NCBI GenBank assembly: GCA_965248535.1
Contig: CBDFJR010000002.1
Coordinates: forward strand, 1,792,001-1,856,000
Direction: 5' to 3'
Source: Phormidesmis sp.
GTDB taxonomy: Bacteria > Cyanobacteriota > Cyanobacteriia > Leptolyngbyales > Leptolyngbyaceae
DNA length: 64,000 bases
Below, one piece after another: positions 40,360 to 49,987 of the stretch. Both the position numbers and the translations under genes were made by a program. The notes beneath the pieces were generated by a model, which did no database searches, was not told the origin of the DNA, and worked only from the letters and a program-made list of their open reading frames with translations. The stretch's first letter is position 1. Every line of letters starts with the position of its first letter.

Positions 40360-40758
40360 TTAGAGCAGCCCTTCTAGCTTGCGACGCATTCGCTCGATTT
40401 CGGGGTCGGGTGACTCGATCGCTTCGATCTCAGGCTCACCTTCCGGCTTCCAGTCGGTGGAGTCAATGTTTTTTTCGGGCGGAGAAAGCAACACCCGATC
40501 GAATTCATCTTGAGGCACAAAACCCTGAGGAATCAGCTTGCACTCATAGCCCGACCCATTGCAAAACTCTTCAACTTCATCTTGGTCGATCGCTTCGACT
40601 GCGGGTTCTGGAAAGTCTTGCGCCTCAAGCAGGAGGGCATATCGAGTGGCATCATCTTCTTCAGCAAACATCAAGACCACGTTGCGATCGCCAATGCTAA
40701 TGGTGTGAATTCCCTCGTTTTCAGTTCGGGCATTAAACAGGAGAACGAAAACTCGCAT
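40360..40758 (-). CDS. DUF3110 family protein
   Basis: VFVLLFNA..NEGIHT, EEDDATRYALLLEAQDF. Confidence 0.85.
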   Translation of the reverse strand: MRVFVLLFNARTENEGIHTISIGDRNVVLMFAEEDDATRYALLLEAQDFPEPAVEAIDQDEVEEFCNGSGYECKLIPQGFVPQDEFDRVLLSPPEKNIDSTDWKPEGEPEIEAIESPDPEIERMRRKLEGLL

Positions 40759-41029
40759 GGTTAGAACAGGGGAGGTGAATTGTTTTCCATCAGGTTACCA
40801 AGAAATTGAGTCTAAAGCTCCCTCCTGGTTAGACGGCTTTTCTCTTGACGGGCAAATGAACTCTCAAATCACAGTAAATTTTTAATATTGCGGTCAGGGG
40901 TGGGAGATACGATCGCAAGCTAACACTACAAAAATGAGACTATACACAAGGAGAAAACCAGATGACAGCGAGCAAGAACCCTACCTGATTTACGCCCAAA
41001 TAATGTTTGGAAATCGAGCGCATTAAGAT

Positions 41030-41112
41030 TGTTCGGAACTGAATCCGATTGAAACTCAGTGGCATCAATTGAAGAGTCAGGAGATTGCAGGACAATGAGT
41101 ACGATCTAGCAA
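41030..41112 (+). pseudogene. IS630-family transposase fragment
   Basis: Translates CSELNPIETQWHQLKSQEIAGQ...EYDLA (NPIE..W motif of IS630 DDE domain). Confidence 0.65.
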
Positions 41113-41420
41113 TAGTTAGCAATAGCTGTCCCGGCTGGGATGAACGGAAAGATACCGGGAAAAAATCAGCAGATCTATCTACCTGAAACTAAGCAAACCT
41201 TGTTTGAATATCTTCTGGAGCGGGGAACAATACTAGGTCGGCGCACCATTCCTGCTCCACTTCGAGGTCTGCTCTAGCACACTCGTGAAGAATCTGGTCT
41301 GGTCGCAAAAACAAGAGTCTTTGAGTATATGGAGTATGTAAAAAATTACTAGGGTAAGGGTTCACAATAAACACCCAAACGCTAGCACTACTGCCCTAAC
41401 GCTCTTGCCAGATAACTATT

Positions 41421-41468
41421 AAAAAAGTGCCCAGAAAGTCTTTGAAATTAAGACTGACAGGCACTTTT
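41421..41468 (-). terminator. Terminator hairpin downstream of tRNA-Gly
   Basis: AAAAGTGCC...AGTCTT/AAGACT...GGCACTTTTTT on the minus strand. Confidence 0.6.
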
Positions 41469-41475
41469 ATCAGAA

Positions 41476-41547
41476 AGCGGGTGACGCGATTCGAACGCGC
41501 GACATTCACCTTGGCAAGGTGACGCTCTACCACTGAGCCACACCCGC
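41476..41547 (-). tRNA. trnG: tRNA-Gly(GCC), CCA not encoded
   Basis: GCGGGTGTGGCTCAGTGGTAGAGCGTCACCTTGCCAAGGTGAATGTCGCGCGTTCGAATCGCGTCACCCGCT cloverleaf. Confidence 0.97.
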
Positions 41548-41721
41548 ATTTAGTGCACTTCTTAATTTCGCAGATTGCTCTAAGTTTGTCAACCCCTTTT
41601 GACGATCGCCAAAAAGTTCGCCTGTCGATCTCAGTCGATCGTCCTTCACAGATCGATTCGCTCTCTTTAAGTGACCGAGGTCGATACAATAGGGACAACC
41701 CTTTGGACAGAAGCCTGACTC

Positions 41722-42540
41722 ATGACTGCTCCTTCGGAACTTGAAACGGCGACTCAACCCGATATCCCTCAAGCTGCTGCCCTCACCCATGAGGTGAGTC
41801 AAGCTGCTTTAGACCCTGAAAAAGATGAAGATGACATCATTGATGATGTAGAAATGTCGCTCTTTGATCACCTCGAAGAGTTGCGGCAGCGAATTTTTTA
41901 TTCGTTGATTGCGATCGCTATCTCAGTCGCAAGCTGCTTTGCCTTTGTGAAACCGATCGTGCAGTTGCTAGAAGTGCCCGCACAGGGGGTGAAGTTTCTT
42001 CAGCTTGCGCCGGGAGAATACTTCTTCGTCTCGATCAAAGTGGCGGGCTATATGGGCTTGCTGCTGTCGGCTCCGTTTTTGCTTTACCAAATTATCGCCT
42101 TTGTGATTCCGGGGTTAACGCGGCGAGAAAAGCGGTTTTTGGCTCCGATCGTGCTCGGCTCTAGCGTCTTATTTGTTGGCGGTTTGTGGTTTTCCTATAG
42201 CGCTCTGATCCCGGCGGCGCTGAATTTTTTCATTACCTACGGGCAAGACGTAGTGGAGCAGGCTTGGTCTATCGATCGCTATTTTGAGTTTGTCTTGCTG
42301 CTCATGTTTAGCACTGGGCTAGCGTTTCAGATTCCTGTCGTGCAGGCGCTTCTGGGCTTTTTGGGGATTGTCTCGTCTCAGACGATGCTAGCAGGGTGGA
42401 AATATGTGCTGCTAGGGGCAGCGGTCTTGGGGGCTGTGATCACGCCTTCTACTGACCCGCTCACCCAGTGTCTGCTGGGAGGAGCCGTTCTCGCCCTCTA
42501 TTTTGGCGGTGTTGGCATCGTGAAGCTGTTGGGTAAATAG
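41722..42540 (+). CDS. tatC: Twin-arginine translocase subunit TatC
   Basis: [33 protein letters not shown]. Confidence 0.96.
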   Translation: MTAPSELETATQPDIPQAAALTHEVSQAALDPEKDEDDIIDDVEMSLFDHLEELRQRIFYSLIAIAISVASCFAFVKPIVQLLEVPAQGVKFLQLAPGEYFFVSIKVAGYMGLLLSAPFLLYQIIAFVIPGLTRREKRFLAPIVLGSSVLFVGGLWFSYSALIPAALNFFITYGQDVVEQAWSIDRYFEFVLLLMFSTGLAFQIPVVQALLGFLGIVSSQTMLAGWKYVLLGAAVLGAVITPSTDPLTQCLLGGAVLALYFGGVGIVKLLGK

Positions 42541-42736
42541 GTCGGCAGCAGCCCCTAAAGATACGAGGGTGACGATGCAGACCCAAACAAATTCCTAAAC
42601 CCTTTCTAGTCAAAGGCTGCTGCCAATAGGTGAGCGAATTGTTAGCTGGCAAGTGGGCATAGGGAATACTGTAAAGAAGTACTTCATATAAGCATGAGTA
42701 CTGGATTTACACAGTAAATCCATTGGCAATACAGTT

Positions 42737-43111
42737 ATGACAATTTATGAACGCGCCGCACAGATTTGGGCAGTTCTAGCTTTGGCTGCTCGAAACCGCC
42801 AGATTTTGACCTACGACATTGTTGGGAAATTAATTGGAGTTCCCCGACAGGCGTTAGGGCGGATGCTGGAACCAATTCAGTCTTATTGTTTGGTAAATCA
42901 TCTTCCACCGCTTTCAATTCTTGTGATCAGCGAACAAACAGGGATTCCCGGAACAGGTTTCATTGCGGCTCAAGATATTCCTCGAACTCAGGTTGAAGTG
43001 TTTGGATTCGACTGGTTGGCGCACACAGCACCTTCACCCGAAATTTTAGAGCAAGCTGCCAAACAGCTACCGTCTAATGGCGTTTCAATAGCACTGACTT
43101 CAAAGCCATAA
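42737..43111 (+). CDS. Cassette-borne hypothetical protein, possible winged-HTH
   Basis: A.NRQILTY..VGKLIG..ALG.ML..I..YC...LPPLS.LV....G.PG.GF pattern; AT-richer codon use. Confidence 0.7.
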   Translation: MTIYERAAQIWAVLALAARNRQILTYDIVGKLIGVPRQALGRMLEPIQSYCLVNHLPPLSILVISEQTGIPGTGFIAAQDIPRTQVEVFGFDWLAHTAPSPEILEQAAKQLPSNGVSIALTSKP

Positions 43112-43153
43112 TTGGCGATAACATAGAAATGCTGTCGAGATGTGAAACGTCGT

Positions 43154-43375
43154 ATGACTACTCGGCTAGAAGTTGAATCAGCGATCAAGCAATTGCCAGA
43201 GAGTGAAGTTCGCGATCTGGCAAAGTGGCTTCAAGACTATCTCGACGAGACGTGGGATCGACAAATTGAAGCAGATTTGGCATCAGGAAAATTAGATCGC
43301 CTCATTGCTCAGGCAGAAAAAGATATTGCAGCAAACAACGTAAGGGATCTCGATGAAATCCTTTGCGACGGCTGA
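43154..43375 (+). CDS. Putative antitoxin
   Basis: 73-aa acidic protein (WDRQIEADL..GKLD) overlapping the toxin start. Confidence 0.72.
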   Translation: MTTRLEVESAIKQLPESEVRDLAKWLQDYLDETWDRQIEADLASGKLDRLIAQAEKDIAANNVRDLDEILCDG

Positions 43376-43610
43376 TTTTTGGAAAGCGTATGGTGAATTG
43401 TCACCTGAGATGCAAAAGCAAGCGCGAAAAACTTATCAGCTTTGGCAGGAAAACTCACTTCATCCATCTTTGCATTTCAAGAAGGTCGGTAAAAACCTTT
43501 GGTCTGCCCGTGTTAGTGGTGGGTTTCGAGCATTAGCCTTGAAAAAGGGCGACGATTACTATTGGATTTGGATCGGTGATCATGATGAATACGAGAGTTT
43601 GTTGAAGTAG
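43353..43610 (+). CDS. RelE/ParE-superfamily toxin
   Basis: FWKAY..L..E.QKQA.K.Y.LW.EN..HPSLHFKK, WSARV, WIG.HDEY. Confidence 0.8.
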   Translation: MKSFATADFWKAYGELSPEMQKQARKTYQLWQENSLHPSLHFKKVGKNLWSARVSGGFRALALKKGDDYYWIWIGDHDEYESLLK

Positions 43611-43629
43611 CTCGTTATGACAAGCCATT

Positions 43630-43711
43630 TAATAACCCAGTGGAGCGGACGGTACAGAGTCTTCGCGCTACGTTCTGAACCTCTCGCCGCCGCTCACTTT
43701 AGCCGTTAGAA
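43630..43711 (+). mobile_element. Integron attC recombination site
   Basis: TAAC-N4-TGGAGCGGACGG ... CCGCCGCTCAC-N7-GTTAGAA; arms pair with two unpaired extrahelical bases; lies just after the toxin stop. Confidence 0.8.
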
Positions 43712-45292
43712 CGGAATCGCCGCTCCGTCTTCAGGAATGTGACCCAACTCAAGTCGATAGGTGCCGCTAAAGCCCGTTCCAACGATCTTAAACTCCCAGC
43801 CATCGTCCACTTTTTGCATCGGCGTTGCATTCTTAAGCGGATCATCTCCATCGGCAAACTCTTCGCCCGTATAGAGATAAAGCTGAAGCGTTGGCTTTAA
43901 GATCGCCCGCACATAATACTGTTTGGCAAACACAATATTATCCGAGAAGCCCACCCCAAACAAATCGCGTTCACCCACATAAAACTCTAGTCGCATCACC
44001 AGATCAGTTTGGGTCATGCTAGCAGCGCTGTTGAGAAATCCTTCCCAGATGAGGGCACGATCGTCTGCCCACCCAAAAGCCACCTGACTGTCGCTAAAAT
44101 CTCCTGTGCGAAACGGGCCATAGCAGTTTTCGGCTTCTTTGCTTTGGTGAAACAACTCGAAATCTACGCCCCGTGGTTTAATCGACAGGCCGAAAAAGAA
44201 CTCGCTTTTGCCAAATAGATCAAACCCGCGCTCAACCTTGGCCCGCACTTGCCGCAGTCGCACCCGCACGTCGCCAAAAAAGAACCGCGTTGCCACTTCA
44301 AACGACTCACGAGCGCTAGTTAAGGAATCAAACCCGCCATGAGGCTTGTGTACAAACGTCCGAGGTGCTCCCGGAATCTGAGCAAACTCTTGCTTGACCA
44401 GTCCATCGCTGCGGTTATAGTTTGTGCCAAACTCGCCAGCCACCGAAAACAGACGATTGAGGGCAGAGGCGGCGACATTGTTATAGGCTTTGTAGTTAGT
44501 GCCTACGACGGTGAGCAAGCGATCGAGGGGAAAGCATTTCGTGAAATTTTGATAACCCGCGCTGTTAGCAGGATCAGCCTGATTTTCGGGGTTGAAGTGC
44601 GCTAGCTCGTCGGCTGACTCAATGCCCAGCCAGCGCAGATCGTGAAGCACCTGAAACGAGATGCCCTTGTGGGGGGTGCCCAAGGTGACGACTTTGTTGA
44701 TGGCTTCATCGGCCGCCGTGACGCTCTGTTGGGGATAGGTGCGCTGAATGGCTTCTCTAACAATCAGCCCGCCCATCGAGTGAGCAATGATATTCACCTT
44801 GGGCTTGATGCCGTGTTTGACCTCTGCCAAGGCTCGAATAAACTCGATCAGCCGCGTTAGGGCTTCACCATATTTTGCAAACTCGCGATCGCACAGATCA
44901 TAATAGCGAAACACCCATAGGCTATGGCATGGGTCGTCATCTGCCTGCAACAACCGCAGGGCCATCGCAGGATCGATAATAATTTTTCCTTGAAAGAAGC
45001 TTGGATCAAACTTTTCTAGCGCCGCCGGAATGATCGGAGGGGCCGTTAGAGTGTTCGCATAGTAGCCAATGACATTTGTGGTGTCTTGATATCTCCAGTG
45101 CGACTTCATAAACCGCAGAATCAGCCCCTCATAGATATAGTTTTCGCCCCGTTTTTGAGGATAGACGCTGCCATCGTTGAACCCTTGATAGGTCATCTTG
45201 CGTTCATCGATCGTGTCGGTGCCTCCAAACCCGCGCACCAAAACGACGGGCAGAGGGCGACGAGTCGGAGCAGACCACCCAGAATTTGACAT
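43706..45292 (-). CDS. Alpha/beta-hydrolase (PGAP1/lipase-like) with C-terminal beta domain
   Basis: VVLVRGFGG, AHSMGG nucleophile elbow, TLGTPH, SDGLV. Confidence 0.75.
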   Translation of the reverse strand: MSNSGWSAPTRRPLPVVLVRGFGGTDTIDERKMTYQGFNDGSVYPQKRGENYIYEGLILRFMKSHWRYQDTTNVIGYYANTLTAPPIIPAALEKFDPSFFQGKIIIDPAMALRLLQADDDPCHSLWVFRYYDLCDREFAKYGEALTRLIEFIRALAEVKHGIKPKVNIIAHSMGGLIVREAIQRTYPQQSVTAADEAINKVVTLGTPHKGISFQVLHDLRWLGIESADELAHFNPENQADPANSAGYQNFTKCFPLDRLLTVVGTNYKAYNNVAASALNRLFSVAGEFGTNYNRSDGLVKQEFAQIPGAPRTFVHKPHGGFDSLTSARESFEVATRFFFGDVRVRLRQVRAKVERGFDLFGKSEFFFGLSIKPRGVDFELFHQSKEAENCYGPFRTGDFSDSQVAFGWADDRALIWEGFLNSAASMTQTDLVMRLEFYVGERDLFGVGFSDNIVFAKQYYVRAILKPTLQLYLYTGEEFADGDDPLKNATPMQKVDDGWEFKIVGTGFSGTYRLELGHIPEDGAAIPF

Positions 45293-45451
45293 ATGCTTAA
45301 CCTCTCACAAGACCATTTAAGTCGAACAATATTCAGTCAGTTCGGCAAACCTAGCTACACGGTCAAGGCAGCGTTTACGGAACTAAAGCTGTTTTATCAT
45401 TTCCTCGGTCTGGCGATCGTGAGCAATAACAGGTTTTAGCAGACCCGATCG

Positions 45452-46696
45452 CTAAACCGGATAGATGCGATCGAGGCGAATCAGCGTCTGCAACAGCATA
45501 TTCACCCCTTGAGCGCAGTCTTCGGGCGAGGTGTATTCGTCTTCGGCGTGACTGATGCCCGCCTGACTAGGGACAAAAATCATCCCCATGTCGGTGATCA
45601 ACCCCATTTCTTGAGCATCGTGACTGGCGCGGCTGGGCAGGTGGCAATAACTTAATCCCAAGTCTTTGCAGATTTGCTCGATCGCCGTCTGAATTTGAGC
45701 CGTCGCCAACACCGCTTCGGTTTGCAGAATAGGCGTGATCGTGATTTCGGTTTGGCTAGATTTAGCGATCGCTTGTAGCTGCTGCTGAAGCTGTTCTGAC
45801 AGCAAGATCAAATGCTCTTGATCAACATCGCGCATATCGATCGTCAGTTCAACTTGCCCCGGCACAATGTTGGCCGCGTTAGGAGCCACGTTTAGCGCGC
45901 CCACGGTGGCCACGGGCGAACCCGTCGCATTTTTGGCGAGATTGTTGACGGCCAATACAATCTGAGAGGCCGTCACTAACGCATCTTTTCTTAAGTGCAT
46001 CGGCGTAGTGCCCGCGTGATTCGATCGCCCAATCACCGTCACGATATAGCGGTGTTGCCCGACGATTCCTTCGACGACTCCGATCTGTTTCTCATAGTGT
46101 TCTAAAACGCCGCCCTGCTCAACGTGTAGCTCTACAAATGCCGCCATATCTGCTGGGTTGCGTTTAGCCGTGGCAAGCTTTGCCCAATCGCCACCCACGC
46201 GCTGAAGACAGGTCTCGATCGCGGTGCCATCATCTCGCCGATAATACTCAGGATCGCTCAGGGCAGTGCCAGAGATGGCTTTTGCGCCAATCATGCCGCC
46301 TTCTTCGTCGGTGAAGACGATCACTTCGACGGGATGGTTGAGTTGCAGGGAGCGATCGCGCAATACTCTCACCACTTCAATGCCCGCTAACACTCCCAGC
46401 GCCCCGTCATAGCGTCCGCCCGTCGGAACGGTGTCAATGTGAGATCCGGTGACTAGGGCAGGGGCCCCCGGTTTTTTTCCGGCGTAGGTGCCAATAATGT
46501 TGGCTGCCGCATCAATGTGGACACTCATTCCGGCTTCTCGCATCCATCGCTGCACCAGTTGCCGCGCCTGAATCACTTCTGGACTATAGGCAATGCGGCA
46601 CACGCCCCCATTGGGCAGCTTGCCGATCGTGGCAAGTTCAGCAATGTTGCGATTGAGACGATCTTGATCCACAAAGGGTGTGGTAATCACAGTCAT
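45452..46696 (-). CDS. M20 Zn-dependent N-carbamoyl-amino acid/allantoate amidohydrolase
   Basis: GSHIDTV..GG.YDG, DEEG, ELHVEQG, NHAGTTPM, HDAQ, SHAEDE. Confidence 0.9.
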   Translation of the reverse strand: MTVITTPFVDQDRLNRNIAELATIGKLPNGGVCRIAYSPEVIQARQLVQRWMREAGMSVHIDAAANIIGTYAGKKPGAPALVTGSHIDTVPTGGRYDGALGVLAGIEVVRVLRDRSLQLNHPVEVIVFTDEEGGMIGAKAISGTALSDPEYYRRDDGTAIETCLQRVGGDWAKLATAKRNPADMAAFVELHVEQGGVLEHYEKQIGVVEGIVGQHRYIVTVIGRSNHAGTTPMHLRKDALVTASQIVLAVNNLAKNATGSPVATVGALNVAPNAANIVPGQVELTIDMRDVDQEHLILLSEQLQQQLQAIAKSSQTEITITPILQTEAVLATAQIQTAIEQICKDLGLSYCHLPSRASHDAQEMGLITDMGMIFVPSQAGISHAEDEYTSPEDCAQGVNMLLQTLIRLDRIYPV

Positions 46697-46843
46697 AATG
46701 ATTCACGGGTTAGACAACGAATGAAAAATGAACGATCGGGCCAGCGTTGACCGATCGCTATAGAGAATTTGATATAAACACTGTGGCTAATGCCTAGAGT
46801 ATTTTTAAGAGACGCGGGCAGCCGCCGCAGAATTGGCTACGGG

Positions 46844-46864
46844 AATTGTATACTGTATACGATT
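46844..46864. promoter_or_regulatory. Palindromic operator, GntR/FadR-like
   Basis: AATTGTATAC-T-GTATACGATT between divergent catabolic genes. Confidence 0.6.
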
Positions 46865-46943
46865 TCAAGCAAATCTCTAATGTGCTTCCCTATACTTTTT
46901 GCAAGAAGTCGCTCTCGTGTTCCTGTCTTAAAACGGTGATGTT

Positions 46944-47342
46944 ATGACTGAAACAAGTCTCGAAGCAAAACGTGTATTCATCTGTGGGTCGGCGCTCAAA
47001 GGGCAACCCGATCACAGCAATCTTCAATCTGCTCAGTTTATCCGATCGGCTAAAACTCGCCCTTTTTATCGTCTTCATTCAGCCGCCGACGGTTGGCATC
47101 CGGCGATTTATCAAGTTGAGGAAAATGGGGTGAGCATTCCCGGTGAGGTCTATGAACTAACGCGAGACCAGTATGATTATTTGGTGTCAACCGAGCCGCC
47201 CCATATGTATCCCAGCGATGTGATTTTAGACGATGGAGAAGTGTTAACCGCCATGCTCTATCCGCAGGAGTTGGTCGAGAAATTTGGCTGGTTAGATATC
47301 TCTGATCTGGGCGGCTGGGCGGCTTATAAATCAGCCCTTTAA
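46944..47342 (+). CDS. Gamma-glutamylcyclotransferase-fold protein (allophanate hydrolase C-terminal-like)
   Basis: VFICGSAL.GQP.H, YRL, I.GEVY, DIS..GGW.AY. Confidence 0.75.
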   Translation: MTETSLEAKRVFICGSALKGQPDHSNLQSAQFIRSAKTRPFYRLHSAADGWHPAIYQVEENGVSIPGEVYELTRDQYDYLVSTEPPHMYPSDVILDDGEVLTAMLYPQELVEKFGWLDISDLGGWAAYKSAL

Positions 47343-48263
47343 GGCATTCTCAATCAGATTTGGCTGGTGATATTGATGCCAGTGTTTAGCGATATCAATG
47401 CGACGACAGAGCCATACGCGATCGTGTTGCTGCACATAATCGAGAAAGCGTGATAAAGCGGCGGCTCTTCCGGGTCGCCCGACCAATCGGCAGTGCAATC
47501 CTACACTCATCATTTTGGGTGCTGTTTCGCCTTCTGCATAGAGCACATCAAAGGCATCTCTCAAATAGGCAAAAAACTGATCGCCAGAGTTAAATCCTTG
47601 ATTGGTCGCAAATCTCATATCGTTATTATCTAGCGTGTAGGGAATGACAAGATGGGGTTTGCCATAGTCGTGAACCCAATAGGGTAAGTCATCTGAATAG
47701 CTATCAGAATCGTAGAGGAACCCGCCTTCTTCGACGACTAATTTGCGACTTGCGGGGCTAGTGCGCCCGATATAGCAGCCCAACGGACGATCGCCCGTGA
47801 CTCGCGTGTGCACCTCGATCGCTTGGCGCAAATGCGATCGCTCTGCCTCTTCTCCAAAATATTTATAGTCGATCCAGCGATAGCCATGACTGGCGATTTC
47901 CCAGGTTGCTTCTAGCATGGCGGCTACCGCGTCAGGGTGGCGCTCTAACGCCATTGCCACGCCATAGACGGTGACCGGAATGCCCCGCTGAGTAAATAAT
48001 CGATGCAAGCGCCAAAAGCCCGATCGACTGCCATATTCATAGCAAGATTCCATATTCATGTGGCGCAACCCGTTAAGCGGCACGGCTCCCACAATTTCTG
48101 AGAGAAACGTCTCAGACGATTGATCGCCATGCAAAATACAGGTTTCGCCCCCCTCTTCATAGTTGATCACAAACTGCACCGCCACCCGTGCCTGATTAGG
48201 CCAGTTGGGGTTAGGAGGGGTGCGCCCATAGCCGATCAGATCTCGTGGATAATTTGCTGACAT
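47331..48263 (-). CDS. puuE: Metal-independent allantoinase PuuE
   Basis: YPRDL.GYG, INYEEGGE, YEYGSR.GFWR, MMSVGLHCRL.GRPGR. Confidence 0.93.
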   Translation of the reverse strand: MSANYPRDLIGYGRTPPNPNWPNQARVAVQFVINYEEGGETCILHGDQSSETFLSEIVGAVPLNGLRHMNMESCYEYGSRSGFWRLHRLFTQRGIPVTVYGVAMALERHPDAVAAMLEATWEIASHGYRWIDYKYFGEEAERSHLRQAIEVHTRVTGDRPLGCYIGRTSPASRKLVVEEGGFLYDSDSYSDDLPYWVHDYGKPHLVIPYTLDNNDMRFATNQGFNSGDQFFAYLRDAFDVLYAEGETAPKMMSVGLHCRLVGRPGRAAALSRFLDYVQQHDRVWLCRRIDIAKHWHQYHQPNLIENALKG

Positions 48264-48279
48264 GAGTCGCCGTGGTGAA

Positions 48280-49479
48280 TTAATTGAGGTTTGCCTTAAG
48301 CCCTATGTATACAGCGTGATCGGCTAACTGCTCAGAATTCTCCTGACTTTGATTGCTCAAGTCTTCCAGCCCTTGATCGTCTTCAACGACGTGATCGCCC
48401 GCGATCGGGGTCAACGATCGCAGCCTCACCGCCGGAATTTGATCAGACTCAACAGGCACACAGCGACAGGTTTTAGAGGTTTTGACTAAAAGTTTAGGGT
48501 GCCAGGTTACCTTAAACACGGCTCGCAGCAAGCGACGTAAAATTCTGCGGAGGATCAGCGGCAGTCGTGGGGTGCTAGACAGCGTTGCATAGAGCGCCCC
48601 CAAACGGTAGACCAGTGGGTTGATTAGCTGACGATCGTAGCACTCATCCCACAGGGTCTGGGCCGCAGCCCGATGCCCCTGATAAGACCAATAATCGGTG
48701 TAGAAGAAATATAGCCCGCCCAACATAGCGCGGCGCTCAGACGTGAGCAGCCCTTTTTGATTAAGAGTTTCGATCAACACCTTAAAGAAATGAGAATGGG
48801 AGTTGAGCCGAGACGTTAAAAACTCGCTTTCGCTCAAGCGATCGTCGTGCAACACTCGCCAAAAACAATCTGGATAATCAAAACGCCGATAGTTTAAACC
48901 CTGAGCCACGGCTCGAAAGTGTAGCTCAGTGTCTTGCAACACTCGCAGCCCTTCGTCCCACAGCCCTAGCTTGATCACGGCATCTCGTCGCCAGATCGGA
49001 CACATGGTTTGCCAGGGGGCATCAAAATCAAGAAAGCGATCGAGGTCGTTGACATCGCTTTCAACATTGAGCAACACCTTCATATCATGGGTCTGCTGCC
49101 TAAAGAGAATGCAGGGAAACACCCCAAAATCCAGGTCGGGATGGGCCTCCATGCAGTCAAAGCGCTTCTCTAAAGCCGTGGCTGCCAGATAATCATCAGA
49201 ATCGAGATAAATAATATAGGTGCCTTGGGAAAGCTCAGTTCCCAAGTTGCGGCAGACAGGGGCACCCGATTTTCCTTCTGTGCGACGGATATAGTGAATG
49301 CGAGGATCACGCTGACTGATTTGCGACATCAGATCGCTGGTATCGTCGGTTGAGCCGTCATCGACGACCCAAGCATCCCAGTCACTAAAGGTTTGACCCT
49401 GAAGAGAACTCAACGTGGACTGGAGAAACCCGCTTCGATTGAGCGTAGGAATAACAACAGAAATTGCAGGCGAAGGCAT
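48280..49479 (-). CDS. Glycosyltransferase family 2
   Basis: SVVIPT.NR, VDDGSTD, RN.G, YLDSDD. Confidence 0.9.
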   Translation of the reverse strand: MPSPAISVVIPTLNRSGFLQSTLSSLQGQTFSDWDAWVVDDGSTDDTSDLMSQISQRDPRIHYIRRTEGKSGAPVCRNLGTELSQGTYIIYLDSDDYLAATALEKRFDCMEAHPDLDFGVFPCILFRQQTHDMKVLLNVESDVNDLDRFLDFDAPWQTMCPIWRRDAVIKLGLWDEGLRVLQDTELHFRAVAQGLNYRRFDYPDCFWRVLHDDRLSESEFLTSRLNSHSHFFKVLIETLNQKGLLTSERRAMLGGLYFFYTDYWSYQGHRAAAQTLWDECYDRQLINPLVYRLGALYATLSSTPRLPLILRRILRRLLRAVFKVTWHPKLLVKTSKTCRCVPVESDQIPAVRLRSLTPIAGDHVVEDDQGLEDLSNQSQENSEQLADHAVYIGLKANLN

Positions 49480-49987
49480 GGAACTCTCGTTTGCTAAACA
49501 GTATCGAAGGGTCTAAGTTGGCGTAGGTAAAGGCTAGACCACCCAGACCAAGGCTAGAGACAGCCACCTAAAATTTATTCAATCTCTCATCTACATTTTG
49601 CGGATCTGCGCCGAGGATTGATCGAGGGACTTGAAGTGAGTCATCAACCTATCATTTGGCGCGACCTCCTGACAACTTTCTGCGTTAACAACCTGCCGCT
49701 GGCTCGATTTGTCAACCGCGATCGCGCTTTATTTTTACCTAAATGGTAAGGGGAGATTCTAAATTGTCCTCTTTAATCTTGGGGTTTACACGGAACCATT
49801 CGTTAAACTTTCCTTAATCATTATTAAAATTAATCGCAACTTTATCAAATCTTCAAACTCACCTCTAAATTCTCTAGAGAGTTTAGTTGTCTAAACTGAC
49901 CATTAACTGAGGAGATGCTGGCAGCGATCGCGATCAGGAATCTAACTTGTTATTCTTGCTGATGATGTCTCAAACGTCAGGGATGCT

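Noticed and set aside
40770..41547. Intact integrative element at tRNA-Gly
   Set aside because: No integrase and no duplicated tRNA 3' end found in the window.
41396..41802. ORFs overlapping the tRNA
   Set aside because: Shadow ORFs across tRNA-Gly.
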